A stretch of DNA of 46,807 bases from Elusimicrobiota bacterium (GCA_052388135.1 JBQTIM010000090.1:1-46807), one strand, 5' to 3'; shown: positions 1-9,858, counted from the first letter of the stretch. Translations and numbers: made by a program. The notes: generated from the letters alone by a model not told the origin.

Positions 1-3000
1 GACGCCAACAGGGACTTGCTGGTGGTGACCGTGGAGGTTAAAAACTTGGGAGGGGAAGACCATAATTTCCAACTCGTCGCACAAGGAGCAAGCGCCGAGG
101 GTGGGCGCGCACGGGTGGAAGACGGTCGCGTGATCCTGAGCGGGAAAGCCTCCGTGATTGTTCAGCCTGAATTTAATCCAACGCAAGTCGCGGTTTCCGG
201 GCCCGGCTATACTTTGGAAGGCCCTTCCACCGTCCTGCTCTCGGACGAAACCGCCGCTTTCTCCTTTCAGGTGGCGGGAGCGCTTACGGAAGACGAACCC
301 GCCGCCGTCCGGCGGCTTGAGCGGCTCCCGGACGGTTCAGCGAGCGACCTGATCGCCGAGGGGCAACGTCGCTGGGCAAAGCTTTTGGGCACATTGGAAT
401 CGCCCGAAGTGAAAGATCATCAGAACGTCCTGTATCGGGCGGTCATCATCCTGATGAAGAACATCGTTTCTCGAGCGGATTCGAATGGTCTTGGGGTTCC
501 CGTTCCCAACCGCTCTTCGGACTTGGAAGTCCAGCTTCCGGCCGCGGCGCTTTCCATCGCCGCCTTGGCTGAGTTGGACGCTGATGCCGCCGAAGGCGCG
601 GTCCGCGCGCTCTTGAGCGAAGATCCGGAAGATGCGGTTCGTCTCCAGTCGCCCGCCTTGGCTTGGGCGGCGCGGCAAGTGTACGAAAGAAAAATGACGC
701 CGCGGGACGGAAAGCCGAGTTCGGCTGTCCAAAGAAAAGCGGAAAAATTTTTACGCGAAATTTATCCTTCCTTGACGGCGTGGAACGGCGCGTGGCGGAC
801 CGTATACGATGAGGACGGGGACGGTTTGGTTTCCCGGGACGGCGTGGTGGAGGCCGATTTGAACGCTCACCTATTGATGGACATGAAAACCCTGGCCTGG
901 ATGGCCCGGGCTTTGGGCAAGGAAGCCGAAGCCGCCCAGTGGGAACAGAGAGCCGAAACCTTGGGTCGCATGATGCTCTACAACCTCTACGATGTTCAAA
1001 GCCATACGTTTCGCAACATGGACGCCGACAGCCGGGAGTTTGTCGGCGCGCAAGAACGGCCTTCCCTCCTGCCTCTCCTGGCCGGAGTTCCGCTCCCCGC
1101 GGAAGCCGTCTGGGCCACGACAGAAGAACAGTTTTTAGGCGAGTCCAGCCTTGACGTTCTTGATCCCGCCCGAGCATATTTTTCCTTGATCCTCCTGTCC
1201 TCTGTAAGCGGTCTCATGGCCCACAAGGGCTGGCATGACCGGGCTGAGCGGCTGAATCAGAAAATCAATGAAAGCCGCGGAAGCCTCTTGGCGTATTACG
1301 ACCTGAACGGCCTTCAAGGCCGGTCCGGCACCGAAATCGTGCAGGATTTCTCGCCCGCCGCCGCCGCCGCCCTTCTCGCGGGATTGAAACGGCAGGCCGA
1401 TCAAGGCGTTTGGACGCCTGAGGAACATCGAGAATTGTCTCCCATCCCGCCGGCGCCGGAGCCCGCCTACGCCGGTGTGTACGTCAACAATGACCGCGTT
1501 CACCTGCGGCTCATCCGCGACAGCGTCATAAAAAGCGCCGAGGTCTTTTTGCCGCCAGAAGGAGAAGGCGATATTGCGTCTCTGGTTCTTCAAATGTTAA
1601 GAGAGATGCTGGAAGAGATGGAGAGCCAAACGGGTGTCCCCGGCTATCTGGCAAGTGCCGGCATCGCAGCCAACCCGCTGGGCCGAAACCGTCAACCCCG
1701 GCGTGACATGGCGGCGGGCATCGGATCCCGGCTGTGGCTGGAATGGGATGTCCCTTGGTGGCGTAGCCGGGTCCGAGGGTTCAGCCACGCGGCCGTCACC
1801 ACCCGGGCCGCGGCCGAGTCCCTCCAATGGCACCGGGCCGGACCCTTGGACGTGGTGGACGTTGTCCCGGACGACGACACGGGTGAAATGCGCCCTTCGG
1901 AGCTGGCGTCCTTTGAGGAGTACAGACGCCTTACCATCGAACGGGGATACGCCACACCTGAAATTTGGAACGATATCGAACGGGAGGCCCGGGCTTTTAA
2001 AGGCAAAAAAGCCGTCTTCCTCAACTCGACGGCCCAGGGCGGGGGAGTGGCTTTGATGCGCCACGCCATAATCAGGCTTTACCGCCAGCTGGGTGTGGAC
2101 GCCCACTGGTTCGTGTTGGAAGGAAACCCGCAGGTTTTCGAGATCACGAAAAATAAAATGCACAACGTTTTTCAAGCGATTCCCGGTTACGGCGGCGAGC
2201 TGACGGACATGGACCGTGAGATCCTGGCCGATTTTGCCCGCCATAATTTTGAAAGGATGAAGTGGGTTTTGGCGGATGCCGACGTCATCGTAAAAGACGA
2301 TTATCAAGGTGTGGAAATGCTCCCCATGATCCGGGCGGTCAATCCCCAGGCCAAAATTTTATACCGGTCCCATATCCAAATCCAAGCGCGGTTGATTGAC
2401 GCGGCGGAAGAGACTCCTCAGAAAACCCTTTGGGCTTATGTTTTGGATAAATTGCAGAAAGCCGAGATCGATCTCTTCATCAGCCACCCTCTGCCCGAGT
2501 TTGTGCCGGGTTTGCGGGAAGACGCCGACGGGGCTTATATGGAACTTCCGTCTTCGTTCGGCGCCTCGCGTGTGCCCGTGGATTTCATGGGCGCCACCAC
2601 GGACCCTTTGGACGGCCTGAATAAACCCCTGACGGACGAACAACGGCAATTTCATATGGAGCGTTTCAACGAGGTGCTCCAGAGAGCCGGCCAGGAGCCC
2701 TTGGATTTGGCTCGTCCATGGTTTATTCAGGTGGCTCGGTTTGATCCCGCCAAGGGCATTCCCGAATTGATCGAAGCTTACAGCCGGTTCCGGCGCCGCT
2801 TGGAGGAGGCCAAAGCCGCCGGAACCATCTCCGCCGAGACACCCGTGCCCCAACTCGTCATTATGGGCCACGGCGCCGTGGACGATCCCGAAGGCCAACC
2901 CCTCTACGACAAGGCCCGCGAACAAATCCGCTCGCTTCCCTTGGAAATTGCCCGCGACATCAAAGTGGCCCGGGTGGCCCACAACGACCAAGTCCTCAAC

Positions 3001-4344
3001 GCGGCCCTGCGGGGGGCCACGGCGGCTTTGCAGCTCTCGATCGCGGAAGGCTTCGAAGTGAAAGTTTCCGAAGCCAAGGACAAGGGCGTCCCCGTCATCG
3101 CCTACGAAACCGGCGGCATTCCCAAACAGATCCACGATGGAGAAAGCGGCCATCTCGTGCCGGTGGGCGAGGTCAACAGTTCCTCCGACCGAACGAGACG
3201 AATGGACCAAGTCGCCGGGTTGCTTTATCAATACGCCACCGATGACGGATTCCGGGAAAGGATGCAAGCGGGCGCCGCGCGAGACCGCCGCCCCGACGCT
3301 TGGACGCCCATGAACGCGCTCCGGTGGCTCCGGCATTTCAACCGGGCGCCCCGCCGGATGAGCGCGGAAGTTGCAGGCGAGCAACTGACCCTGTTCAACA
3401 TGGCGCCCGGCCTGTCGCTGTTGGCCTTGACGCCTGCGGGGGCCGCGCCCGGAATCGCGGCGGCAGCGGCGTTTGGACTGGGATTGCTCACCTTCGCGCT
3501 CCTGTTCAAATGGGGAATGCTGGTTTCTCGAAGGCGCGCGGCCGCCCATGTCGGGGTTCGTCAGTCGCCGGGCGTGCGGCGGCAAGAGGACCGCGCCGGC
3601 ATTGTTCGGGCTTTGGGGGAGGAAATCTTGAAAGACGTGGTTTTGGACGGCCGCGCGCGTCCCGTTCAATGGAGCCTGCCCAACGGACAAACCGTCGGCG
3701 TCGAGGGCTTGCTTGCCGAAGACAGGTTGGGTGGGGAGCGTCTCCACAGACGCCTGGGCGAGCTTTTAAACGGGACGGACCCGGACGAAGCAAAAGGCCT
3801 CGTCGCCGCAGGTTTGCAAAAGGCTCTGGTGCAGCATTCGGGCGTGGATGTGAGCGGGATTGGCGCGGAAATGGGGGAGAATCCTATCTCCCTGGTCGCG
3901 GCCCCGCGCGATTTGCGCGCCTTGCTTCCTCGCTTGCTCGGCGTCCAGACAAGCGGCCGCTTGCTGGTTCTGGTGGAAAGCCTGCGCGAGGCCGAGCAAG
4001 AAGCGCGGATTCTTGGACTCAAGCGGCATAACGGAGATTGGCTTTCGGAAAACGGCGTGATCGTTCGATTCGAGGCGGCCGGCCCGGCTCTCAAGGGCGA
4101 TCGTTTCCGCCTGGCCGAAGCGGACCCGCGGCTGAGGATATTCGCCGGTTCCACCCCTTACACGTCCGTGAACGTCTTTGTGGCCGATCACCTCACCGTG
4201 GACGATTCGGGACTGGCCGGCGATTCGCCCTTGCGCCGGGCCGTCATTATCTTCATCAACAGTCTTCTTCAAGCTTTGCCCCTGCGTTTTGAGGATTTGC
4301 CTCACCTGGACAAAGCCGCCCGTTACCTGGCTCAGCAAGCGTAA
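1..4344 (+). CDS. Giant multidomain protein, 5'-truncated: degenerate GH63/GH37-like (alpha/alpha)6 domain + GT4 trehalose phosphorylase/synthase + TM helix + unknown C-terminal domain
   Basis: Frame is open from base 1. Motifs DEDGDGL..EADLNAHL..LAWMARALGK (GH barrel); NSTAQGGGVALMRH, YRSHIQ, LFISHP, QVARFDPAKG, GHGAVDDP, EGFEVKVSEA (trehalose phosphorylase/TreT GT4); hydrophobic stretch at ~3410-3525. Confidence 0.85.
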   Translation, partial: DANRDLLVVTVEVKNLGGEDHNFQLVAQGASAEGGRARVEDGRVILSGKASVIVQPEFNPTQVAVSGPGYTLEGPSTVLLSDETAAFSFQVAGALTEDEPAAVRRLERLPDGSASDLIAEGQRRWAKLLGTLESPEVKDHQNVLYRAVIILMKNIVSRADSNGLGVPVPNRSSDLEVQLPAAALSIAALAELDADAAEGAVRALLSEDPEDAVRLQSPALAWAARQVYERKMTPRDGKPSSAVQRKAEKFLREIYPSLTAWNGAWRTVYDEDGDGLVSRDGVVEADLNAHLLMDMKTLAWMARALGKEAEAAQWEQRAETLGRMMLYNLYDVQSHTFRNMDADSREFVGAQERPSLLPLLAGVPLPAEAVWATTEEQFLGESSLDVLDPARAYFSLILLSSVSGLMAHKGWHDRAERLNQKINESRGSLLAYYDLNGLQGRSGTEIVQDFSPAAAAALLAGLKRQADQGVWTPEEHRELSPIPPAPEPAYAGVYVNNDRVHLRLIRDSVIKSAEVFLPPEGEGDIASLVLQMLREMLEEMESQTGVPGYLASAGIAANPLGRNRQPRRDMAAGIGSRLWLEWDVPWWRSRVRGFSHAAVTTRAAAESLQWHRAGPLDVVDVVPDDDTGEMRPSELASFEEYRRLTIERGYATPEIWNDIEREARAFKGKKAVFLNSTAQGGGVALMRHAIIRLYRQLGVDAHWFVLEGNPQVFEITKNKMHNVFQAIPGYGGELTDMDREILADFARHNFERMKWVLADADVIVKDDYQGVEMLPMIRAVNPQAKILYRSHIQIQARLIDAAEETPQKTLWAYVLDKLQKAEIDLFISHPLPEFVPGLREDADGAYMELPSSFGASRVPVDFMGATTDPLDGLNKPLTDEQRQFHMERFNEVLQRAGQEPLDLARPWFIQVARFDPAKGIPELIEAYSRFRRRLEEAKAAGTISAETPVPQLVIMGHGAVDDPEGQPLYDKAREQIRSLPLEIARDIKVARVAHNDQVLNAALRGATAALQLSIAEGFEVKVSEAKDKGVPVIAYETGGIPKQIHDGESGHLVPVGEVNSSSDRTRRMDQVAGLLYQYATDDGFRERMQAGAARDRRPDAWTPMNALRWLRHFNRAPRRMSAEVAGEQLTLFNMAPGLSLLALTPAGAAPGIAAAAAFGLGLLTFALLFKWGMLVSRRRAAAHVGVRQSPGVRRQEDRAGIVRALGEEILKDVVLDGRARPVQWSLPNGQTVGVEGLLAEDRLGGERLHRRLGELLNGTDPDEAKGLVAAGLQKALVQHSGVDVSGIGAEMGENPISLVAAPRDLRALLPRLLGVQTSGRLLVLVESLREAEQEARILGLKRHNGDWLSENGVIVRFEAAGPALKGDRFRLAEADPRLRIFAGSTPYTSVNVFVADHLTVDDSGLAGDSPLRRAVIIFINSLLQALPLRFEDLPHLDKAARYLAQQA

Positions 4345-4364
4345 CCGTTCCGCCCTCCGTCCTC

Positions 4365-4393
4365 TGGAAGGCCGGTTTTCCATAAGCTAGAAT
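4365..4393 (+). promoter_or_regulatory. Possible sigma70 promoter (leaderless transcript)
   Basis: TGGAAG-17bp-TAGAAT, ending 6 nt before the GTG at 4400. Confidence 0.35.
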
Positions 4394-4399
4394 ACCGGC

Positions 4400-5152
4400 G
4401 TGAACGCTAAAACTTTCGCCGTCCCCCTTTTTGTCCTGGCGCCCTTGTCGGCGCCTGCCGCCCGCCCCGCCCAGGATTATTTTTCGAAATCCCTGTCCGC
4501 AGCCGGGGGTGCGGATCGTTTCCGGCGGCTGGAAAGTCTGCAATACGAATTCGTTGAGACGCGGTTTTCCGGGGCGGGCGCTGTGACCGTCCGGGGACGC
4601 CATTCGGTGCGTTTGCACGATGCGGGCGGGCTCAGGGGAAGGCTGGAAATTTATTCCCCGGCGGGGGACGCCGTCACCGTTCACAACTCCAGCGGCGTTT
4701 GGCATCGGGTGGGGGGCGTTCTGACGGATGACCCGGCTTTGCTGGCGCGGGCGGAGCGGGACGCCCTGGAGCGGGCGTTCTGGGCGCTGCTCCCTTTCAA
4801 CATCCGCGAGGCGGGTTGTTCCGTTTCCTACGGCGGCCTCGAATATTTCCAGCACAAGCTGACCCGGCGGCTGGACGTGGCGCCGTGCGCGGGTTTGGTT
4901 TTCGCCGAGGGGCTCTCTCTTTACGTCGACTCCGATTCCCACCAGGTGGACGGAGCCGTGGTCCCGGGGCCCGAAGGGCCGCGCACCGTGGTCTTCGCCG
5001 ATCGCCGCGATACGAATTTGATCCGCCTGGCCCTGCGGCGGGAGACCTTGGCGGAAGGAAAAAAAAGAACGTCTTCCCTGGTCATTTCCAACCCCGGCCT
5101 GAACGTCTTCGTCGACGAAGGGCTTTTTCAGCCGCCCCACCCCACGGAATAA
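4400..5152 (+). CDS. Secreted hypothetical protein (beta-rich, DUF6503/LolA-like)
   Basis: Signal peptide-like N-terminus; SLSAAGGADRFRRLESLQY resembles the AxGG..W..L N-terminal motif of this group. Confidence 0.65.
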   Translation: MNAKTFAVPLFVLAPLSAPAARPAQDYFSKSLSAAGGADRFRRLESLQYEFVETRFSGAGAVTVRGRHSVRLHDAGGLRGRLEIYSPAGDAVTVHNSSGVWHRVGGVLTDDPALLARAERDALERAFWALLPFNIREAGCSVSYGGLEYFQHKLTRRLDVAPCAGLVFAEGLSLYVDSDSHQVDGAVVPGPEGPRTVVFADRRDTNLIRLALRRETLAEGKKRTSSLVISNPGLNVFVDEGLFQPPHPTE

Positions 5153-5270
5153 CAGGAGGCCGCTGTCTTGCCGCTCCCTAGCGGCAGCCGCCCGTTGTGC
5201 CCGCCCCTTAAGAGTTCTAAAATCTGATAACTGCTCGGCCGCCGAGGCGGTCGGACGTTGAGGAGGACTT

Positions 5271-7721
5271 GTGACCATATGGGAAGGGGTGTTCGAATGT
5301 AAGCGTTTCGCCGGGGAGGCTTTCGACTCCCGCTTCAGCCTGCCGGGGACGGAGCCGCAATACGCCCCGGACCGCGCTTTCGACACGGAGCACATCCGGT
5401 TGGAAGTGAAGCTGGACATCCCCCGCAAGTCCCTGGAAGGGATCTGCGTCACCACCCTGCGGGCCCTGCGGGATGGGGCGGACAGCGTGGCCTTCGACGC
5501 GGTGCATTTCCGCGTCTTGTCCGTGCGGTCGGCGGGCCGCGCGCTGAAATACGAGTACGACGATAAGAAGCTCACCGTGCGCCTGCCCGCCCCCGTTCCG
5601 GCGGGCCGGCGGGTGGACGTGTCGGTGGCCTACCGCGTGTCCAAGCCCAAGCTGGGGATGTATTTCATCGGTCCGGACAGGAAATATCCGGACAAGCCGG
5701 TGCAGGTTTGGACCCAGGGGGAGGACGAGTACGCCCGCTATTGGTTCCCCTGCCACGACGCGCCCCAGGACCGCACCACCACCGAGATCATCGCCTCGGT
5801 GCCCAAGGGGATGACGGCGGTGTCCAACGGGCGGTTGGCGGGCAAGAGCGCGCGCGGACGCAACGCCGTTTTCCATTGGAAGCAGGACATCCCCCACGCC
5901 ACATACCTCGTCACGCTGGCCGTCGGAAAGTTCACGGAAATCAAGGACAAGTGGCGGAACGTGCCGGTGCTTTACTATTGCCAGCCGGGGCGGGAGGAGG
6001 ACGCCAAGCGCGCCTTCGGCAAGACGCCCAAGATGATGGAATTTTTCTCCAAGAGCATCGGCGTGCCTTACGCCTACCCGAAATACGCCCAGGTGGCGGC
6101 GGTGGACTTCATTTACGGCGGCATGGAGAACACCAGCGCCACCACGCAAACGGCCCTCACGCTCCACGACGAGCGCGCCCACCTGGATTTCTCCAGCGAC
6201 CCGCTGGTGGCCCACGAGCTGGCCCATCAATGGTTCGGCGACCTGCTCACCTGCAAGGACTGGTCCCACGCCTGGCTCAACGAAAGCTTCGCCACCTATT
6301 TCGAGGCCCTGTTCACCGAGCACGACAAGGGCGCCGACGAGTTCGCCTGGGAGCTGAGGCAGAACGCCCAGTTGTATTTCGAGGAGGACAGGGAGCATTA
6401 CCGCCGGCCCATTTCCACCAAGAAATACAAGCAGCCGTCGGATCTTTTCGACAAGCATTTGTACGAAAAGGGCTCGCTGGTCCTGCACATGCTGCGGACG
6501 ATCCTCGGCGACAAGGATTTCTGGCGGTCCATGCGGTTCTACGTGTCCCGCCACAAGGCCGGCGTGGTGGAGACCAACGACCTGCTCAACGCCGTTCAGG
6601 ACGCCACGGGCCGCAACCTGGGCCGTTTCTTCGACCAATGGATTTTCAAGGCGGGCCACCCGGAATACAAGGTGCGTTGTTGGTGGGACGCCGTCGCCCG
6701 CGAGGCGCGGGTCCGCGTGATCCAGACCCAGAGCACCAACGAAGAAACCGGCCTGTTTTCCATGCCCCTGACATTCGCGTTCCAGACCGACGGCGGGGAG
6801 AAGCGCTTCACGGAAACGGTGGAGAAGAAATCCCATCTGTTCAAGTTCAAGCTTCCGTCGGAGCCGCGCCTGGCGCTTTTCGACCCCGACCACGCCGTGT
6901 TGAAGAAGGTGGATTTTCCGAAATCCGAAGAGATGTGGATCCGCCAACTGACGCGGGACCCCCACGCGCTGGGCCGGGCGGACGCCGCCCAGGCCCTGGG
7001 GCGCCTGGGCGGCCCCGCCGCCGTGAAAGCCCTGCGGGAAGCCCTCTTCGCCGAGAAATTTTGGGGCGTGCAGGGCGAAATCGCGCGGGCGCTGGGGCAG
7101 ATCCGCACGCCCGAGGCCCAGGAGGTTCTCTTCCGCGCCCACGACAAATTGGAGCACCCCAAGGCCCGCCGTTTCGTGATCGCCGCCCTGGGGGATTTAA
7201 AAAGCGCCCAGGCCAAAGACCGCCTGCGGAGCCGCGCGCGCCGGGAGGAAAGCTACTTCGCGGAAATTCAATCCGTGAAGTCCCTGGCCCAGACGGGCGA
7301 CATGTCCCTGCTCTCCTTCGTGACCGACGGCTTGAAAGCCGAATCCTGGAACGACGTCCTGCGCTCCGGCGCCCTGGAGGCCGTGGCCGCCCTGCGCCCG
7401 CCGGAAGCCGTGGCCATCCTGAAGCGGCACGCGGCCTACGGGAACGCTCACACGACACGAATGACGGCCATCCGCGGCCTCGCGCACCTGGGCGAAGGGC
7501 GGGAGGACGTGCGGAAATTTTTGATCGGCCTGCTGAGCGACCCGTTCCTGCTGGTGCAGATCTCGGCCGTGCGGGCGATCTCCCAAGTGGGCGACGAGCG
7601 CGCGGTCCCGGCCCTCAAGAAACTCACCGAGGGCGACCGGGACGGCCGCTTGAAGCGCCTGGCCGAGGAGGCCGTCAACAAGCTCCGGAAGGGAATCGAA
7701 GCGGACTCCAAGAAGAAGTGA
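5271..7721 (+). CDS. pepN: M1 family aminopeptidase with C-terminal HEAT repeats
   Basis: GGMEN and HELAHQWFGDL..WLNESFA zinc motifs, YEKG, HEAT-like repeats; GAGGAGGA RBS before the GTG. Confidence 0.92.
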   Translation: MTIWEGVFECKRFAGEAFDSRFSLPGTEPQYAPDRAFDTEHIRLEVKLDIPRKSLEGICVTTLRALRDGADSVAFDAVHFRVLSVRSAGRALKYEYDDKKLTVRLPAPVPAGRRVDVSVAYRVSKPKLGMYFIGPDRKYPDKPVQVWTQGEDEYARYWFPCHDAPQDRTTTEIIASVPKGMTAVSNGRLAGKSARGRNAVFHWKQDIPHATYLVTLAVGKFTEIKDKWRNVPVLYYCQPGREEDAKRAFGKTPKMMEFFSKSIGVPYAYPKYAQVAAVDFIYGGMENTSATTQTALTLHDERAHLDFSSDPLVAHELAHQWFGDLLTCKDWSHAWLNESFATYFEALFTEHDKGADEFAWELRQNAQLYFEEDREHYRRPISTKKYKQPSDLFDKHLYEKGSLVLHMLRTILGDKDFWRSMRFYVSRHKAGVVETNDLLNAVQDATGRNLGRFFDQWIFKAGHPEYKVRCWWDAVAREARVRVIQTQSTNEETGLFSMPLTFAFQTDGGEKRFTETVEKKSHLFKFKLPSEPRLALFDPDHAVLKKVDFPKSEEMWIRQLTRDPHALGRADAAQALGRLGGPAAVKALREALFAEKFWGVQGEIARALGQIRTPEAQEVLFRAHDKLEHPKARRFVIAALGDLKSAQAKDRLRSRARREESYFAEIQSVKSLAQTGDMSLLSFVTDGLKAESWNDVLRSGALEAVAALRPPEAVAILKRHAAYGNAHTTRMTAIRGLAHLGEGREDVRKFLIGLLSDPFLLVQISAVRAISQVGDERAVPALKKLTEGDRDGRLKRLAEEAVNKLRKGIEADSKKK

Positions 7722-8512
7722 GCCCTTCGTTTTCCGTCCTCCTGGCTTCCCCGGACGACGCGCCGCCGGAAACGGTGTCCCGGCTCCTGGCCGCGTTCCT
7801 CGACGTCCCGCAAATAGACTCGCGCCGCCTGGCCAACCACGCCTGGGGTTTCCTGGGCGAAAAGCTGGAGGAAGCCGACGCGGCGCGCTTGAAGGAGCTG
7901 GCCGCGCAGGCGGGCTTGGAAACCTTCATCGCGCCCGCCGACGAAATCCTTCTCCCGCCTCCTTCCCACGCGGTCACCGGGGCCCGGTTCTCGGCGGACG
8001 CCCTTTCCTTCTCGAGCCGCGCCGGCGAAATTTCCCTGCCGCCCGGAAAAGCGTCCCTCCTCTGCGCCGTGGGGCTGACGGAAGAGTCTTCTTTCCTGAA
8101 AACCGTGCATGAGGGCCCGTCCGCCGGCCGGAAGGCTCTCAAGCTCGGCTTGCTGGCGGCGGGAATTCCCACGCCCGGCTGGGGAAAAAGCAAAGACGTT
8201 CAAAAAACGGTGAAAAGCTCGGAGTTTTTCCTCTATATGGACATTTTCACCCAGGACCCTCCGGACCGCCTGCACGTGGACGCCCAGGCTTTCGATTTCA
8301 GCTGTCTGGGAGAGCGGCTCACGCCCGCCTCCTTCGGCAATTTCCGGCTGTTCCTGCAGGACGTTTCCCGCGCGGCGCCGGCGGCTGTCCGCAACCGCGG
8401 GGCGCGCATGATGCTGGAAGGCCGGCCCTTCGCGGCCATGGGCTACGCCTCGAAGGACGATTACGAAAAGGAATGCCGCTGGCTGTGGGCGCTGGCGCGG
8501 AGGACGGCGTGA
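7718..8512 (+). CDS. Hypothetical protein (264 aa)
   Basis: GTGA overlaps at both ends (pepN stop, xseA start). Only the 3' part of track ORF 5708..8512 is protein-like. Confidence 0.75.
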   Translation: MSPSFSVLLASPDDAPPETVSRLLAAFLDVPQIDSRRLANHAWGFLGEKLEEADAARLKELAAQAGLETFIAPADEILLPPPSHAVTGARFSADALSFSSRAGEISLPPGKASLLCAVGLTEESSFLKTVHEGPSAGRKALKLGLLAAGIPTPGWGKSKDVQKTVKSSEFFLYMDIFTQDPPDRLHVDAQAFDFSCLGERLTPASFGNFRLFLQDVSRAAPAAVRNRGARMMLEGRPFAAMGYASKDDYEKECRWLWALARRTA

Positions 8513-9858
8513 GGGACGCGGCCCAGGAGACCTACACCGTCAGCCAGGTGAACAAAGGGGTGGCGGCGGCGCTGGCGCAAAGCTTTCCCGACGCTTTCTG
8601 GGTGTCGGGCGAAATCCAGGGCTACGACCGCGACGCGGGCAAGGCGGCCGGCCGCCGCTGGGGCCAGGTCTATTTCGAGCTGGTGGAAAAAAAGGACGGC
8701 GCGGATTCCGTCAAGGCCGGCATCAAGGCCCTGATGTGGGGCGACGCCCGCGAGGCCGTTTTGCGCAAGCTCGCCGCGGTTTCGGACAAGCTGTTCCTGC
8801 AGGACGGCCTCAAGGTGCGCTTCCTTTGCCGGGTGGATTTTTACTGGCCCCGGGCCGGCCTTCAGCTCAAGGTGGAGGACGTGGACCCCACCTTCACCTT
8901 GGGCGACATGGAGCGGGCCCGGCGCGCCCTCCTGCTGTCGCTTCGGGAAAAAGGCCTGCTCGATAAGAACAAGTCCTTGTCCTTCCCCGCCGTGCCCTTG
9001 CGCGTGGGGCTCATCACTTCGGAAGGCAGCGCCGCCTACCACGATTTTTTGGAAGAACTGAAATCTTCCGGCTACGCGTTCCGGGTTTCTTTCTGGGACG
9101 CCCGCACCCAGGGCGCGGAAACCGAGGAGAACGTGTGCCGGGGGTTGCTCCGTCTGGGCCGTTCGCCGGACGTGGACGTGGTGGTGGTGGCGCGGGGCGG
9201 CGGGTCGCGGTCCGATTTGGTCTGGTTCGACAAGGAGAAAATCGCCCTCGCCATCGCCCGGTGCCCCAAGCCCGTGCTCACGGGCATCGGCCACGACATC
9301 GACCTCTCCGTGGCCGACATGGTGGCCCACAAAAATTTCAAGACGCCCACCGCCGCGGCGCAGTTCCTGGCCGCGCGGGCGCGGGCGTTCGAGGAAGGGC
9401 TCAAGGCCTGCGGCGCGGGCGTCGCGGAAGCGGCCCGCACGCGGCTGGCGGAGAACCGCCACGCCCTCCGGGAAAATTTGCGCGCGTGGCAGTACGCGTC
9501 GCAAACCCTGGCCGCCCGGTTCCGCGGCGAGCTGGCCCAGTGCGGGCGGGACTTTTTCCACGGGGCGCGGCGCCAGCTCCACCTCCGGCGGGAACGGTTG
9601 TCGCGGTCGCCGGAGCGCCTGGCGGGAGCCTCCGCCGGCCTCCTCCGCGCTTGCGCCGAACGTCTCGATTCCGTCCGCCGGGAGTGCGCCCTCAAGGACC
9701 CGAGGCGGCTTTTGGAGCGCGGTTATTGCCTTTTGGTTTCCGACGGGAAAATAGTGAAAAGCGTGGACCAAACGGACCCCGGCCGGGACCTGGAGGCGCG
9801 CTTGCGCGACGGCGTTCTCTCCGCTCGGGTTTTATCGAAAAGGAAGGCGGTCCCATGA
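8509..9858 (+). CDS. xseA: Exodeoxyribonuclease VII large subunit
   Basis: WVSGEI, VGLITS..SAAYHD, RGGGS..DL, TGIGHDID..VADMVA, TPTAAA; GGAGGA RBS before GTG 8509. Confidence 0.95.
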   Translation: MRDAAQETYTVSQVNKGVAAALAQSFPDAFWVSGEIQGYDRDAGKAAGRRWGQVYFELVEKKDGADSVKAGIKALMWGDAREAVLRKLAAVSDKLFLQDGLKVRFLCRVDFYWPRAGLQLKVEDVDPTFTLGDMERARRALLLSLREKGLLDKNKSLSFPAVPLRVGLITSEGSAAYHDFLEELKSSGYAFRVSFWDARTQGAETEENVCRGLLRLGRSPDVDVVVVARGGGSRSDLVWFDKEKIALAIARCPKPVLTGIGHDIDLSVADMVAHKNFKTPTAAAQFLAARARAFEEGLKACGAGVAEAARTRLAENRHALRENLRAWQYASQTLAARFRGELAQCGRDFFHGARRQLHLRRERLSRSPERLAGASAGLLRACAERLDSVRRECALKDPRRLLERGYCLLVSDGKIVKSVDQTDPGRDLEARLRDGVLSARVLSKRKAVP

